Source: an uncultured bacterium
Lineage (GTDB): Bacteria; Patescibacteriota; Patescibacteriia; UBA1558; GWA2-36-10
Length of the DNA: 64,000 nt
Assembly: GCA_903855135.1 (NCBI GenBank)
Contig: CAINYB010000027.1
Location: 18,679-82,678 of the forward strand
Direction: 5' to 3'
Shown: positions 40,022-51,192 of the stretch, piece by piece
Numbering within the stretch: the stretch's first letter is position 1
Layout of the letters: the number at the start of each line of letters is the position of its first letter
Position numbers and translations under genes: made by a program
The notes under the pieces: generated by a model
What the model was told of the DNA's origin: nothing
What the model saw: the letters and a program-made list of their open reading frames with translations, nothing else
The model's database searches: none

Positions 40022-40963
40022 ATGCTGCGCATTTTCTGTTTCTTCATGCTTTTGGTGGCAGGTCAGGCCACGGCAGAACTTCACTGGGGAGATCTCATTG
40101 ATCATCAGGGCAACCTGGAGGTCTACGGCAACGCTGGCTTGCAGGCTTCGAGTACTGGTTCGCTTGATCTGGATAGCATTCAGACCGAGTGGGCCTGGAG
40201 TCGGGTGGGTCTGGTTTTCGAAGAACAGAAAATCGGTTCTGATCATGTTCTGCGAGTCGTCGGCGAGTGTGACTTGTCTAGTGTGAATCTGACTTCGGCC
40301 TATGCTGAAAGGGTGTGGAATTTTCCGAAGTTGGGCGTTGTGGTCAAAGGTGGTCAGTTCCGTAACAGAGCTTTGGGCATGTTGCCGACTCCGTTTGAGA
40401 TGACTTTCTTGCGGTTGCCGGATGCCAGCCGGAGGTTCACGCCATATACTGCTGGATTGTCTCTGAGTGCTCAGACCGAAACGAGATTAGGTCAATTGAC
40501 TGCGGACTTCGTCGGTTTCAAGCGAGCCAAGCAGACAAGCATTGACACCATGTTTTTGGCCTTTGATCAATTAGAAGCATCCATCAAGAATGCTTACTAC
40601 TTGGCTTTCACCTGTGATTGGGGTCAAGTGGAGGCTGGCTGGGAGCAGGATGTTGGTCACATCGTGACTTTTTCGACAGCTCCTTTTGCCTGGTTTCAAC
40701 CTCAGGTCGGTTGGAGCTACTATTTCCACCGGCACTCTGAAAAGTTGCCGGACAACATCTACTTCATTGAAAACACTGCTTGGATGACGCCGGTTCCGAT
40801 CGGCTTGTCCACAAGATTGGATTTCGGTGATCAGATTGAGTCTTTTCAGGCTGGCTTGATCTGGGAATACCTACCCAACTGTTTGTTCGAAGCCTTCTGG
40901 GAAACCAGGGGCGGAGAAGACAGTTTCAAGGGTGGCTTGACCTATTCTTTGATCTGGCCTTAA
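40022..40963 (+). CDS. Secreted beta-rich, porin-like orphan (solo cassette)
   Basis: Signal peptide ending ATA; amphipathic strands; SAYAE...KGGQFR; TTGACA-17-TATTAT; GGAGG; terminator at 40969-41004. Confidence 0.65.
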   Translation: MLRIFCFFMLLVAGQATAELHWGDLIDHQGNLEVYGNAGLQASSTGSLDLDSIQTEWAWSRVGLVFEEQKIGSDHVLRVVGECDLSSVNLTSAYAERVWNFPKLGVVVKGGQFRNRALGMLPTPFEMTFLRLPDASRRFTPYTAGLSLSAQTETRLGQLTADFVGFKRAKQTSIDTMFLAFDQLEASIKNAYYLAFTCDWGQVEAGWEQDVGHIVTFSTAPFAWFQPQVGWSYYFHRHSEKLPDNIYFIENTAWMTPVPIGLSTRLDFGDQIESFQAGLIWEYLPNCLFEAFWETRGGEDSFKGGLTYSLIWP

Positions 40964-41101
40964 AGTCCGTGCGTCTCTGTGAAAACAGGGGCGCTTTTCT
41001 TTTTATCAAAAATTGCGTAAAATAAAGATGTAAAACATAATTTTATTAATACTATTGACTTTTTTTGATATTTATGCTATTTTATATAGATATTTAAAAA
41101 T

Positions 41102-42679
41102 ATGGATAATTTGCCTAAAAACAATTTTTGGCAAGAAATGCTTAAAAAAACAAGAAATTTTTTCTTACCACATGAGGAGAATAATTATCATCCTTATGTT
41201 TTGCATGGAGAAAGACTATGGTTTTATGCTACTTCTGCTATTTTAGTGAAGTTAGTAGTGATTGTTTTTGTGGTTTTATTACCAGTGGCTGCTTGGCTAA
41301 CTCCAGACTTGATGAGCCAAGAAAGCAAGAGAGTTGTTAATTTAACCAATGATTTCAGAGTAAGTTTGCAGCTTCAGCCATTAAAAGAAAGTACAGTTTT
41401 AAATCAAGCGGCTTATAATAAGGCCCAAGACATGTTGATTCAACAATACTTTGCTCACATTGGTCCTGATGGCAAACGCGTTTCCAACTGGTTAAAAAAT
41501 GCTGGCTATGATTATTTAATGGCTGGTGAAAATTTAGCTATTGGTTTTGCTTCTGCTGATGAAGTAGTTGAAGCTTGGAAAAATAGTCCAACTCACTATG
41601 CCAATTTAGTTGATCCCGCTTGGCAAGACATGGGAGTTGGCATGATCAGCGGTGTATATAATGAAGTAGATACTACTTTGGTAGCGCAGTTTTTTGGTCG
41701 TCCTAGACCTACTCCTGTTGCGTCGGTAAAAGCTGCTGAAGTCAAAAAAACTGAGCCAGTAAAAACAGTAGAAAAAACAGTTACTAAAGTCGCTGTGACG
41801 GAAGAAGCAAAAAAAGAAATTATCAATACGCCAAAGACAGAGCCAGCGCCAGCGAATGATACTGAAGTTTTAGCTGAACAAATAGTAAAATATCCTTTAG
41901 CTAAACCAGAGATTTTGAATTTATCAAATAATTGGCTAAGCAATAAACAAAGTTTACAAATTGATGTCTTAGCTAAAAATTCTGATAAAGTAGAAGTTTA
42001 TGATCAAAATAAATTAATAGTTAGTCAATCCAAGAATTTAAGCAATGAAAAAGTCACTTTATTTTTAGAATTACGTGAAGGCACACATCGTTTGAAATTA
42101 GTTGCCTGGCAAGGTACACAAAGCTTAAGCTCCGATACTTATTTAGGAGATTTAGACTTTAGTGTGCCAGTGGTTGATTTGGCTAAAACTATTGTGAAGC
42201 TTGATACGCCAGAAGCAAAGCAAGAAAAAATCTTACAAGCAGAAGTGTATTTAAGTGAGGATGTCAAAACCGCTAACTTAATCGTTGGGCAAGAAAAAAT
42301 AGCTTTGAGTTTTGATGAGGCTTTAGAAGCTTGGACAGTGTCTCAGGTGCTTGCTATAGATAGCATGGAAGCAACTATTTTACCTAGCGTACAAGTTATC
42401 GATCAGGCCGGTAATGAAATAATTACAGATTTAGAGTGGCAAGATGTCGTGCCGAGTAAAAGTTCTATTTTTGAGCAATATTTTTTCTTAAAAAATACTC
42501 AAGCCCCAGCCGCAAAAACAATTTTTAATATTTCGATTATTTATTATAAAATATTCTTTGGTTTATTAGCTTTATTAGCTGCTTTAAACATTTTTGTGCA
42601 TATTAAACACCAACATTATAAAGTTATTTTATCAAGTTTAGCTTTATTAATTTTTATTGCTTTATTATTAGTATTGTAA
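41102..42679 (+). CDS. CAP/SCP domain membrane protein
   Basis: NNYHPY, KAQDM..YFAH, AGENLA, WKNSPTHYANL. Confidence 0.9.
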   Translation: MDNLPKNNFWQEMLKKTRNFFLPHEENNYHPYVLHGERLWFYATSAILVKLVVIVFVVLLPVAAWLTPDLMSQESKRVVNLTNDFRVSLQLQPLKESTVLNQAAYNKAQDMLIQQYFAHIGPDGKRVSNWLKNAGYDYLMAGENLAIGFASADEVVEAWKNSPTHYANLVDPAWQDMGVGMISGVYNEVDTTLVAQFFGRPRPTPVASVKAAEVKKTEPVKTVEKTVTKVAVTEEAKKEIINTPKTEPAPANDTEVLAEQIVKYPLAKPEILNLSNNWLSNKQSLQIDVLAKNSDKVEVYDQNKLIVSQSKNLSNEKVTLFLELREGTHRLKLVAWQGTQSLSSDTYLGDLDFSVPVVDLAKTIVKLDTPEAKQEKILQAEVYLSEDVKTANLIVGQEKIALSFDEALEAWTVSQVLAIDSMEATILPSVQVIDQAGNEIITDLEWQDVVPSKSSIFEQYFFLKNTQAPAAKTIFNISIIYYKIFFGLLALLAALNIFVHIKHQHYKVILSSLALLIFIALLLVL

Positions 42680-42683
42680 GTTT

Positions 42684-44942
42684 ATGTTTTATTCTAAAAT
42701 TAGTCGTAAAGTTGTTGCCGCTGGTTTGTTAAGTTTTTTGTTGTTTAACTTATTTGGTTTAGGTAATACAACTCTTTTCGCGGCCACTACTAAAAATACC
42801 AAAGAAACAACTAAACCAAATGTCGCTCCTAATATTAGTCCCAATGGTAATGGTGGTGGAGCCAGACATAATATCGGGTCATTTTTGCCAGCTTTTACTT
42901 ATCTAGGTCTAGAGATGGTGACTGACCCAGGTGCTACTAGAGACACTGATTGGTCCAAAGTAAATGGTAGTTTGGTTAGCGGTTTTGTTTTAAAAACTGA
43001 TCCTAAAATAGCTAAATATTATTTACGTTTGACCAAAGATACAGATACTAATGTAGAATTAGCGAGAGGCGTTTATGCTTTTAATTTAGTTTCTTATCCA
43101 GATGCTTTTGCTGCTTACGTTAATAGAGACGCAGCTTTGACACCATACAGAAGAATGATCGATGCTTTAAATCCAGCTTTTTATCTTTACGCCGATGGTC
43201 AAGGAAGTTTGACTTTATTAGATGGTTTGAGTAGAGAAAAAAATTGGCACATTAATGGTGATTTTCCAGTGGGTGAATATAAATATCGTGGTCAAGTGAT
43301 GGGCGTCAATGGTGAACAATCAGAAGAGATTTATTTTCGTTTTAATATTGGTCGTACAGATAATGTAGCTGTCAATCAAGTGCCAGTTGCTAAAGATGAT
43401 AATTATGTCACTAGACAAAATATTAAATTAATTATTGCCCCTAGAAGTATTTTAGATAATGATACTGACCCAGACGCAACTGCAAATCCAAACAATACAG
43501 AAAATCTGAGCCCAAAAGTAGAAACTTTACCAAGTCATGGTCAGTTAATCATGAGTAGGACTGATGGTCAGTTTAGTTATGAACCAGAAAATAATTTTGT
43601 AGGCAGGGATACTTTTACTTATCGTGCTTTTGATGGTCAGGCCTTATCAAATTTAGCTACGGTGACTATTAGTGTTGTAAATAATAACAATCAAGCGCCA
43701 GTAGCTAATGATGATTCATATAGCGTCACAACTGGTAATACTTTGAATGTGCCTGTTTCTTCTGGTGTCTTAGCGAATGATACGGATACTGATGGTCCGC
43801 AAAACATGACGGCTGTCTTAGTTGCTAATGTTAGTCATGGTACTTTGACTTTGGCTAGCGATGGCTCTTTCAATTATCAATCAGCCAGTGGTTTTACTGG
43901 TGCTGACACTTTTACTTATCATGCTTTTGATGGTTTGAATTATTCTAATACAGTGACTACTACTATTAGCGTTAATGCTCCTTCCGGCGGTGGCGGCGGA
44001 GGCGGGGGTAGCTTCAGTCGTCAGCCAAGCAGCGCCAGTGTTTTGATTAATAACAATGCTAGTGCAACTAATAGTTTGGTTGTGACTTTGACTTTGGCGG
44101 CTAATAATATGGTCAGTCAATATGCGCCATTAGAAATGAAAATTGGTAACTTTTCTGATTTAAGTTCTGTGTCTTGGCGACCTTATAGTACCACTACTTC
44201 TTGGACACTATTAAATGATATTGGCTCCAAAACTGTGTATGTCCAATTTAAAAATAGCCGCGGTACTTCAGTAGTAGTCAGTGATAGTATTAATTATGTA
44301 GCTGGCCAAGTTTTAGGTGATAGAGATTGTTCAAATAGCGCTGGCATGTTGATCGCTAAAAGAAATACCAAAGATGCGGCTGTTTATTTCATCGGCTCTG
44401 ATTGTAAAAAATATGTTTTCCCAGATCCAAAGACTTATTACACTTGGTATGAAAATTTTAATAGCGTGATTAAAGTAGATGTAGCGGAGCTAGACTTTTA
44501 TAAAGATGGTGGCGTAGTGCCATATCGTTCTGGAGTAAAATTAGTCAAACATCCAGACACCAATAATGTCTATGCAGTAGAACCAAACGGCACTTTGAGA
44601 TTAGTTCCTAGTCCAGAAATTGCTCGTGCTTTATATGGTGATAAATGGAAGTCTTTGGTGCAAGATGTTATTACCGGCTACTTCTTTAGCTCCTATACTA
44701 TCGGAGAGCCATTAACAGCTAATAGTTTACCAACCGGTACTTTAGTCAAAGAAAAAAATAGCGACACAATTTATTATGTAGAAAATGGTAAGAAAAAACC
44801 ATTTAATAGTAATTATAATTTTGATCGTCATTATTTTAAATATAAAAATGTTTTAGTCAAAGATGATTTAAGTGCTTATCCGACCGCAGCTGGTATCAGC
44901 AGCTTAAAAACTGAATTATCTCCTTATAGATTAGCCTATTAA
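42684..44942 (+). CDS. Secreted surface protein: two Ig-like/cadherin-like (tandem-95) repeats plus CPR repeat domain
   Basis: NQxPVAxDD.Y...NDTD.D...G.DTFTY twice; poly-Gly linker; C-terminal domain paralogous to 13097. Confidence 0.85.
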   Translation: MFYSKISRKVVAAGLLSFLLFNLFGLGNTTLFAATTKNTKETTKPNVAPNISPNGNGGGARHNIGSFLPAFTYLGLEMVTDPGATRDTDWSKVNGSLVSGFVLKTDPKIAKYYLRLTKDTDTNVELARGVYAFNLVSYPDAFAAYVNRDAALTPYRRMIDALNPAFYLYADGQGSLTLLDGLSREKNWHINGDFPVGEYKYRGQVMGVNGEQSEEIYFRFNIGRTDNVAVNQVPVAKDDNYVTRQNIKLIIAPRSILDNDTDPDATANPNNTENLSPKVETLPSHGQLIMSRTDGQFSYEPENNFVGRDTFTYRAFDGQALSNLATVTISVVNNNNQAPVANDDSYSVTTGNTLNVPVSSGVLANDTDTDGPQNMTAVLVANVSHGTLTLASDGSFNYQSASGFTGADTFTYHAFDGLNYSNTVTTTISVNAPSGGGGGGGGSFSRQPSSASVLINNNASATNSLVVTLTLAANNMVSQYAPLEMKIGNFSDLSSVSWRPYSTTTSWTLLNDIGSKTVYVQFKNSRGTSVVVSDSINYVAGQVLGDRDCSNSAGMLIAKRNTKDAAVYFIGSDCKKYVFPDPKTYYTWYENFNSVIKVDVAELDFYKDGGVVPYRSGVKLVKHPDTNNVYAVEPNGTLRLVPSPEIARALYGDKWKSLVQDVITGYFFSSYTIGEPLTANSLPTGTLVKEKNSDTIYYVENGKKKPFNSNYNFDRHYFKYKNVLVKDDLSAYPTAAGISSLKTELSPYRLAY

Positions 44943-44984
44943 AAAAGTCCCCGGCATACGCCGGGGACTTTTTTGGTCTATCTT

Positions 44985-45082
44985 AACCCCTCCCAACCTC
45001 CCCTTCCCCGCTTTCGCGGGGATCCGGGGAGGAGTTATTTAGATAGTCTCCCCCTTACGAAGGGGGAGATGCAGAGGGGGTT
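44985..45082. repeat. Family B element with nested CCCCGCTTTCGCGGGG hairpin
   Basis: Reverse complement of 5993-6082 with one loop replaced. Confidence 0.85.
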
Positions 45083-46056
45083 TAGTCTAATTTATTTAAT
45101 ATTTTTGCCACTTCTTGTGGAGTTTCCACGCTGACTAATTGTTTGCGTATCTCAGTGGCATCAGGACGGCCTTTGACGTAAAACAAAAGATGTTTGCGCA
45201 TTTCTTTAAAGCCAGACTTACCTTTGTTAGCAAATAATAATTCTGCATGTTTAATAGCGGTGTCTTTGATTTCTGGCCAAGTGATTGTTTGATAAACACC
45301 AGTTTTCAAGTAGTCTTTGATTTGTTTAAAAAGCCATGGTTGTCCATAAAGTGAGCGAGACAAAGCAATGCCATCAGCTTGGGTGTATTTTAAATCACTA
45401 ACTACTGACTCTATTGTTTGAAAAGAACCATTGATTAAAAACACGCCAGTTTTGAAAGCTTGTTTGAGTTGTTTTAAGGCTTCTAGATCAACTGGTCCAG
45501 TGAAAGGTGTCTCATAAGTGCGACCGTGAATAATCATGGCTTTGACTGGTAGATCAGCCAAGGCATCAATTAAATCAAAAGCAGTAATCTTACCTTGCTC
45601 TGGTTTGCCTTGTATAGCATTTAGACTAATGCGACTTTTGACCGATACTGGTAGATTAGTTGATTCGATAGTGGTGTTAACGATTTTTTTTACAGTTTCC
45701 ATGTCTCGTAGTAGACAAATGCCGCCTCCATGACCAGCTACTTTTTTAGCTGGACAGCCAAAATTGAGATCAATGCCAGCCACTCCTAAAGATTCTACTA
45801 TTTTTGTCGCTTTAGGGTACATGTCTACACGTTTGCCAAATAGCTGGACAACGACTGGTTGCTCGCTAGCTTGGTAGGCGAGCATGGCCAAGGTTTTTTT
45901 ACTACCATAGTGCAAAGCATCAGCGGAAACGAATTCCGTATGTACCACGTCAGCACTCCACATTTTACAGATTTGCCGCCAAGCTGAATCAGTGATACCG
46001 GCCATTGGTGTCATTGAAAGAATTGGTTTTTCTAATTGTTCCCAGAAATTATCCAT
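45082..46056 (-). CDS. dus: tRNA-dihydrouridine synthase
   Basis: PMAGITD, IDLNFGCPAKKV, IHGRT, MRKHL. Confidence 0.93.
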   Translation of the reverse strand: MDNFWEQLEKPILSMTPMAGITDSAWRQICKMWSADVVHTEFVSADALHYGSKKTLAMLAYQASEQPVVVQLFGKRVDMYPKATKIVESLGVAGIDLNFGCPAKKVAGHGGGICLLRDMETVKKIVNTTIESTNLPVSVKSRISLNAIQGKPEQGKITAFDLIDALADLPVKAMIIHGRTYETPFTGPVDLEALKQLKQAFKTGVFLINGSFQTIESVVSDLKYTQADGIALSRSLYGQPWLFKQIKDYLKTGVYQTITWPEIKDTAIKHAELLFANKGKSGFKEMRKHLLFYVKGRPDATEIRKQLVSVETPQEVAKILNKLD

Positions 46057-46128
46057 AAATTTAGACGCCCCTGTCGCGAGGCGGTAGGGGCTATATTATA
46101 ATAAATATCAAAAATAAGCCATAGCTAA

Positions 46129-47049
46129 CTAAAGCCAGTCTTTTTTGCGGAAAAATGCTAGGAAACTAAGCATAATTAACAACATGATACCTAATATTAG
46201 GTAAAAATCATACGGCCGATCAACAATGGGCATGTATTTGACATTCATGCCAAAAATAGAAGAAAGTAGAGTAGCGGGGATGATGATGACAGAGATAATG
46301 GTCAAGATACGCATGATATCGTTAGATTTGTTAGAAATCAGAGATTCATTGGTTTCTTGAAAGGCGTTGATATTTTCTTTTTGAGTTTCTAGTATGTCCC
46401 AGATATCTTTAGTACGATCTAAAATATTAGCAAAATAAATATTAGTTTGATCTGGCATGAAAAATTTTGTACGTGAGTCCATCAATTTTTTGATGATATT
46501 TTTATGCGCTTGCATAATTTTGCGTAAGTTGACGATATTACGTCTGACGCTCAATATCTCGCGGACAACTTTTTTTTCTTCACCTAAAAATATTCTTTTC
46601 TCCACGCTTTCAATATCCTCAGACACATGATCTAGCATCGGTAAGGTGTTATTTTGTAAGCGGTGTAAGATTTCGTAAAGCAGATTGACAGGATGAGCTG
46701 ACATGTAAGTGTCTTTATTATAATCGTTATTTTTTACTTCTTTAAAAAAATCATTAACCGTTGGATTCAAGCCATCATTTAGGCTAATTAAATATTTGTC
46801 ATTAATAAAAAAATCAACTTCACTTGATTCTATTTCTCGGGTTTCTTTATTAAAAACAGGGAAAGTTAAGATGCAAAAAATATAGTTATTATATTCACTA
46901 ATCTGTGGCCTTTGGACACGAACCAAACAATCTTCCAAATCTAAGTGATGAAAGTGATAGTTTTCTTTTAAATAATCCATTTCGACCCTAGTGGGTTTAT
47001 TGATATGGAGCCACAAAATTTTTTTTGTTTTTATTTCTTGGATGTTCAT
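46129..47049 (-). CDS. corA: CorA family Mg2+ transporter
   Basis: GMN motif, C-terminal TM pair, KKDWL. Confidence 0.92.
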   Translation of the reverse strand: MNIQEIKTKKILWLHINKPTRVEMDYLKENYHFHHLDLEDCLVRVQRPQISEYNNYIFCILTFPVFNKETREIESSEVDFFINDKYLISLNDGLNPTVNDFFKEVKNNDYNKDTYMSAHPVNLLYEILHRLQNNTLPMLDHVSEDIESVEKRIFLGEEKKVVREILSVRRNIVNLRKIMQAHKNIIKKLMDSRTKFFMPDQTNIYFANILDRTKDIWDILETQKENINAFQETNESLISNKSNDIMRILTIISVIIIPATLLSSIFGMNVKYMPIVDRPYDFYLILGIMLLIMLSFLAFFRKKDWL

Positions 47050-47179
47050 GTTTATTTTTATGCTGTTATTATTATAATGTTTTTTTGTAAAAATATCCAG
47101 TAAAATAAAATTTTGCTTTGCAGATTATATTTTTTTGCTAAATACTTATTTTATGTTATAATTATCAGGAGTAAAAACT

Positions 47180-47575
47180 ATGATACAGAGACCACGACAA
47201 ACATTTTGGGGAAGGTTTTATAATTCTAATGTTTTTATTATTTTATTAAGTATTTTTTTGATATTTTCTTTATTTAAAGTCGGTAAAGAACTAGTCAAAA
47301 GACATACGATTAATCAAGAAATTAATGATTTAAATAAACAGCTAACAGCTGTTAGTCAGGAAAAAGATAAATTAAAGGACTTAATTTCTTATTTGGAAAC
47401 TGATAAATACGTAGAAGAACAGGCGAGATCACAGTTGAATCTTAGTAAACCAGGTGAAAAAAGAATTGATTTGACGACTGATCAAGAAAATCAATTAGCA
47501 ACAACACAGAACGGAGAAGAGGATTTGGCCAATTGGCGAAAATGGTTTAATTATTTTTTTGCTGAAAATTTATGA
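47180..47575 (+). CDS. Septum formation initiator (FtsB/DivIC family)
   Basis: TM, coiled coil, YVEEQARSQLNLSKPGE. Confidence 0.88.
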   Translation: MIQRPRQTFWGRFYNSNVFIILLSIFLIFSLFKVGKELVKRHTINQEINDLNKQLTAVSQEKDKLKDLISYLETDKYVEEQARSQLNLSKPGEKRIDLTTDQENQLATTQNGEEDLANWRKWFNYFFAENL

Positions 47576-48456
47576 AAAATATGAAAAAAAGTGCAATTTG
47601 GTTTATAGTTTTGGTAATAGTTTTTTTAGCTTTGCAAGCCTTAGGTTTGAAATTAGTCTATGCGCATAAACTGCCTACTAGTATAAGTTATGTTTTTGCC
47701 AAAGTTTATCATTTGTCAGCTGGTGAAATCAAAGATCAAGCTGAAAGTTACCCGGTTTCTTTGACCAGATACATGGATCACCAAAAATCTTTAAACTTTT
47801 ATGTTAAAAATAATCCAGACAATAATTTTGGTGAAACTGATTTAGGCGAGGTGGCTTGGCAGAGAACGATTAAAGATACTTGGCTTGAGCACTTGGCTAA
47901 AGAATATAAATTATCTGTAGATGCTAAAGAAGTAGATGATTATTTAAAGGCTTCAAATGTGATTGATCAGAGTAAAGAATCTTTTGCTGATTTTAGTAAA
48001 AAAACTTACGGTGTCAGTTTGGGTAAATTTAAAGAAATAATTGTCAAACCATTTTTATTGGAGGCCAAAGTTTATCAGTATATGCTAGAAAACTTTAATG
48101 ATCCAGAAGGTATGAAAAAAGCTCAAGGAGCTTACGCTGCCTTAGAGGGCGGTAAAGACTTTATGGAGGTAGCCAAAGAGTTTTCTTTTGATTTGACCTA
48201 TATAGAAAGTGGTTTATGGCTCAAAGAGTCAGAATTAGTAGATTTTTATGAGCCAATCAAAGGCTTAGAAGTTGGTAAATATAGTCAGATTGTGATCACA
48301 CCTGGCGCATATGTGATTTGGAAACTTGAATCTATTGTTGACGGGGAAAATAATGAAAAAGTTTGGCAAGTAAAACCTATTTTAGTGCAGGCCAAAACTT
48401 TAGAAGAATTTTTTAAACAATACATTCAAATTGCTAGTGTTAAAAAGAATTATTAA
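47572..48456 (+). CDS. SurA/PrsA-like parvulin foldase (degenerate)
   Basis: GKDFMEVAKEFS, LEVGKYSQIVITPG. Confidence 0.7.
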   Translation: MKNMKKSAIWFIVLVIVFLALQALGLKLVYAHKLPTSISYVFAKVYHLSAGEIKDQAESYPVSLTRYMDHQKSLNFYVKNNPDNNFGETDLGEVAWQRTIKDTWLEHLAKEYKLSVDAKEVDDYLKASNVIDQSKESFADFSKKTYGVSLGKFKEIIVKPFLLEAKVYQYMLENFNDPEGMKKAQGAYAALEGGKDFMEVAKEFSFDLTYIESGLWLKESELVDFYEPIKGLEVGKYSQIVITPGAYVIWKLESIVDGENNEKVWQVKPILVQAKTLEEFFKQYIQIASVKKNY

Positions 48457-48461
48457 AAAAC

Positions 48462-49157
48462 ATGAAGTATAAAATTTTATTTTTTGCGATTTTTATTTTA
48501 GCTTTTACTACTCAAATAGCCAGCACTCGAGCGGCTGTGAATAATACTTTTATTTCTAATGATAAAAGATTGACAGTAAAAACTGCCAGTCAAATCACTA
48601 TTACCAAAGTTTTTCCACCAGAGCTAACAAATGATGATAAACAATTTGTTTCTGATTTTTATCAGCTTGATAGCAATTTAGATAGCAATGATTATGATTT
48701 AAGCTTGATTTACAAAGTAGAAGATTTTAGTTCTAAAAATATCTATCTTTACAATCCAGATTTAAATACTTGGCAAATCGTGGCTGGCTATAATAATGTA
48801 GAGGAAAAATTTATTAAATCTCAATTATCTGGCCAAGCTAAGAGCATTATTTTGGCGGTTTTTGCAGAAGCACAAGCACAAGACGGTATAGCTAGCTATT
48901 ATAATCAAAGTCGCTATAAAGCTTTTAAGTATAAAAATGGTAATTTTGCTGCGTCTCGAGACTATCCTAAAGGCACAAAATTAAAAGTAACTAGATTAAA
49001 AACTGGTAAATCCATCATAGTAGAGGTTAATGATCACGGACCAGAACTAAAAACCGGTAGAATCATTGATTTGGATACTTATGCTTTTAAACAACTAAGC
49101 TCTTTAGGAGCAGGTTTAATATATGTCAAAGTAGAACCATATGATCAAAGTCAATAA
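48462..49157 (+). CDS. rlpA: RlpA-like lytic transglycosylase (DPBB)
   Basis: GIASYY, VEVNDHGP, RIIDL. Confidence 0.85.
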   Translation: MKYKILFFAIFILAFTTQIASTRAAVNNTFISNDKRLTVKTASQITITKVFPPELTNDDKQFVSDFYQLDSNLDSNDYDLSLIYKVEDFSSKNIYLYNPDLNTWQIVAGYNNVEEKFIKSQLSGQAKSIILAVFAEAQAQDGIASYYNQSRYKAFKYKNGNFAASRDYPKGTKLKVTRLKTGKSIIVEVNDHGPELKTGRIIDLDTYAFKQLSSLGAGLIYVKVEPYDQSQ

Positions 49158-49821
49158 TTTAAGTAAAACTTATACGCCACACATTCATGCTTTAAGGGAT
49201 CTTGATTTTCATATCAAGCCAGGTGAATTTGTGTCAGTCGTGGGTCAGAGCGGCTCTGGTAAATCAACTTTGATCAAGATGATTATTGCTGAAGAAAAAG
49301 CTACCAAAGGTGAGGTGATTGTCGGTGGTTGGGATATTACTAATATTAAAAATAAAGAAATCCCGACTTTACGTCGCCAGCTTGGTGTTATTTTTCAAGA
49401 CTTTAAATTGTTACCTAAAAAAACAGTTTTTGAAAATATTGCTTTTGCTATGGAGGCTTGTGGTTTTGCTAATGATGAGATCGATAAAACTGTGAAACAA
49501 ATGATTGCCTTAGTGGGCCTGAAAGGTAAAGAAGATAGATATCCGCATCAGTTGTCTGGCGGCGAACAACAACGTGTTGCTATCGCTCGTAGTTTGGTAC
49601 ATAAGCCAAAACTATTAGTAGCCGATGAACCAACTGGTAATTTGGACTCTATTAATACCCGAGAAATTATTGATTTATTAAAAAAAATAAATGATTTAGG
49701 CACGACCATTGTTTTAGTTACTCATAATAGAGATGTGGTAAATAGTTTAAAGAGTCGTGTTTTGACTTTGGAAAATGGAGTCTTGATCTCTGATCAAGCC
49801 CAAGGTCGTTATTTGTTGTAG
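49141..49821 (+). CDS. ftsE: Cell division ATP-binding protein FtsE
   Basis: [26 protein letters not shown]; upstream of ftsX. Confidence 0.95.
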   Translation: MIKVNNLSKTYTPHIHALRDLDFHIKPGEFVSVVGQSGSGKSTLIKMIIAEEKATKGEVIVGGWDITNIKNKEIPTLRRQLGVIFQDFKLLPKKTVFENIAFAMEACGFANDEIDKTVKQMIALVGLKGKEDRYPHQLSGGEQQRVAIARSLVHKPKLLVADEPTGNLDSINTREIIDLLKKINDLGTTIVLVTHNRDVVNSLKSRVLTLENGVLISDQAQGRYLL

Positions 49822-49843
49822 AAAATATTAAAATAAAAATTTT

Positions 49844-50761
49844 ATGCGTAGTTTTTTAAGGGTACTTAAATTCGCTATTCAAGGTTTTTTTAGAAACTTT
49901 TGGCTATCTATCGTTACCGTGACGATGATGTTGATGGCTTTATTTTCTACGACCATGTTATTGAGTATAGATTATCTTAAAAAAGCTACTATTGAAGGAG
50001 TAGAAAAAAAGGTAGATGTATTAGTATCTTTAAAGCCAAAGCTCGAGCAAGCCAAAGTAGAGTGGTTAGTAGCTGAACTCAAAGCTGACCCAGATGTTCA
50101 GAAAGTGACTATTATTACACCAGAAGAAAACCGTGCTCTATATGAACAATCAAATTTGAGCGATAAAGCTAAAAAAGTATTGGAAGTTTTTGGTGATAAC
50201 GAAAATCCATTTTCTTATTCTTTAGCTATCCAAGCTCATGATTTGTCACAGTATCAAAATATTTTAACTTTTGTCTCTAATGATAAGTACAAGGAACTTG
50301 TTGATAGTAGTGATTTTAATGACTACGATGCTTTTGTAAATAAAATTGATAGTTTCGCTAAAGTCATCAATAAATATAGTTGGTATGTTATTTTGGCGTT
50401 TTTATTGATTTCTATCATTGTTATTTTTAATACTATCCGTATCAGTATTTATAGCCGACAAAGTGAAGTGACAGTGATGAAGCTAGTTGGTGCTAGTAAT
50501 TCTTTTATTCGTTGGCCATTTTTATTAGAAGGTGTGTTATATGCTTTAGTTAGTGTTTTGCTTTTATTAGCTATTGTTTATCCTTTATTAAATTTGATTC
50601 AGCCATCTTTAACTAGCTATTTTCAAGATGCTAGTGTGATCAATATTCAACAGTATTTTAGAGTAAATTTTTGGTTAATCTTTGGTGGACAATTTTTAGC
50701 CCTAGCGCTAATTAACATGATCAGCACTTCTATAGCTGTTAGACGATATCTGAAAGTATAA
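49844..50761 (+). CDS. ftsX: Cell division permease FtsX
   Basis: NTIRISIYSRQSEVTVMKLVGAS..FIRWPF. Confidence 0.95.
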   Translation: MRSFLRVLKFAIQGFFRNFWLSIVTVTMMLMALFSTTMLLSIDYLKKATIEGVEKKVDVLVSLKPKLEQAKVEWLVAELKADPDVQKVTIITPEENRALYEQSNLSDKAKKVLEVFGDNENPFSYSLAIQAHDLSQYQNILTFVSNDKYKELVDSSDFNDYDAFVNKIDSFAKVINKYSWYVILAFLLISIIVIFNTIRISIYSRQSEVTVMKLVGASNSFIRWPFLLEGVLYALVSVLLLLAIVYPLLNLIQPSLTSYFQDASVINIQQYFRVNFWLIFGGQFLALALINMISTSIAVRRYLKV

Positions 50762-50907
50762 ATAAATCTTTATTTAAAATACCCCCGCGTCGCAGGGGTA
50801 TTTTTTTAACTAAGCAAAATAAAAAATCTCACTATCGGTGGGGATTTTAGGTTAATATTTATCAAAACAAAAATCCCCGGCGTATGCCGGGGATTTTGAA
50901 AGTAATT

Positions 50908-51192
50908 TTATTTAGCTTGAGGTAAGATATCGATAAATCTTGTTTCTTTTAGAGAACCATCAAATTTTCTTTTTTTGAGTGATCTGAATTTAATGATACC
51001 AGAAATTTGAGCAAATAAAGTATCGTCTTTGCCTTTTAAGACATTTAAACCAGCATGAAATTTGCTGCCTCTTTGACGTACTAAAATATTGCCAGCTTTA
51101 GCAATTTGTCCGGCGAATAATTTGACGCCTAATCTTTTACTTACGGAATCACGGCCTAAACTGGTGGATCCGCCTGCTTTCTTATGAGCCAT
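50908..51192 (-). CDS. rpmA: 50S ribosomal protein L27
   Basis: [16 protein letters not shown]. Confidence 0.98.
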   Translation of the reverse strand: MAHKKAGGSTSLGRDSVSKRLGVKLFAGQIAKAGNILVRQRGSKFHAGLNVLKGKDDTLFAQISGIIKFRSLKKRKFDGSLKETRFIDILPQAK

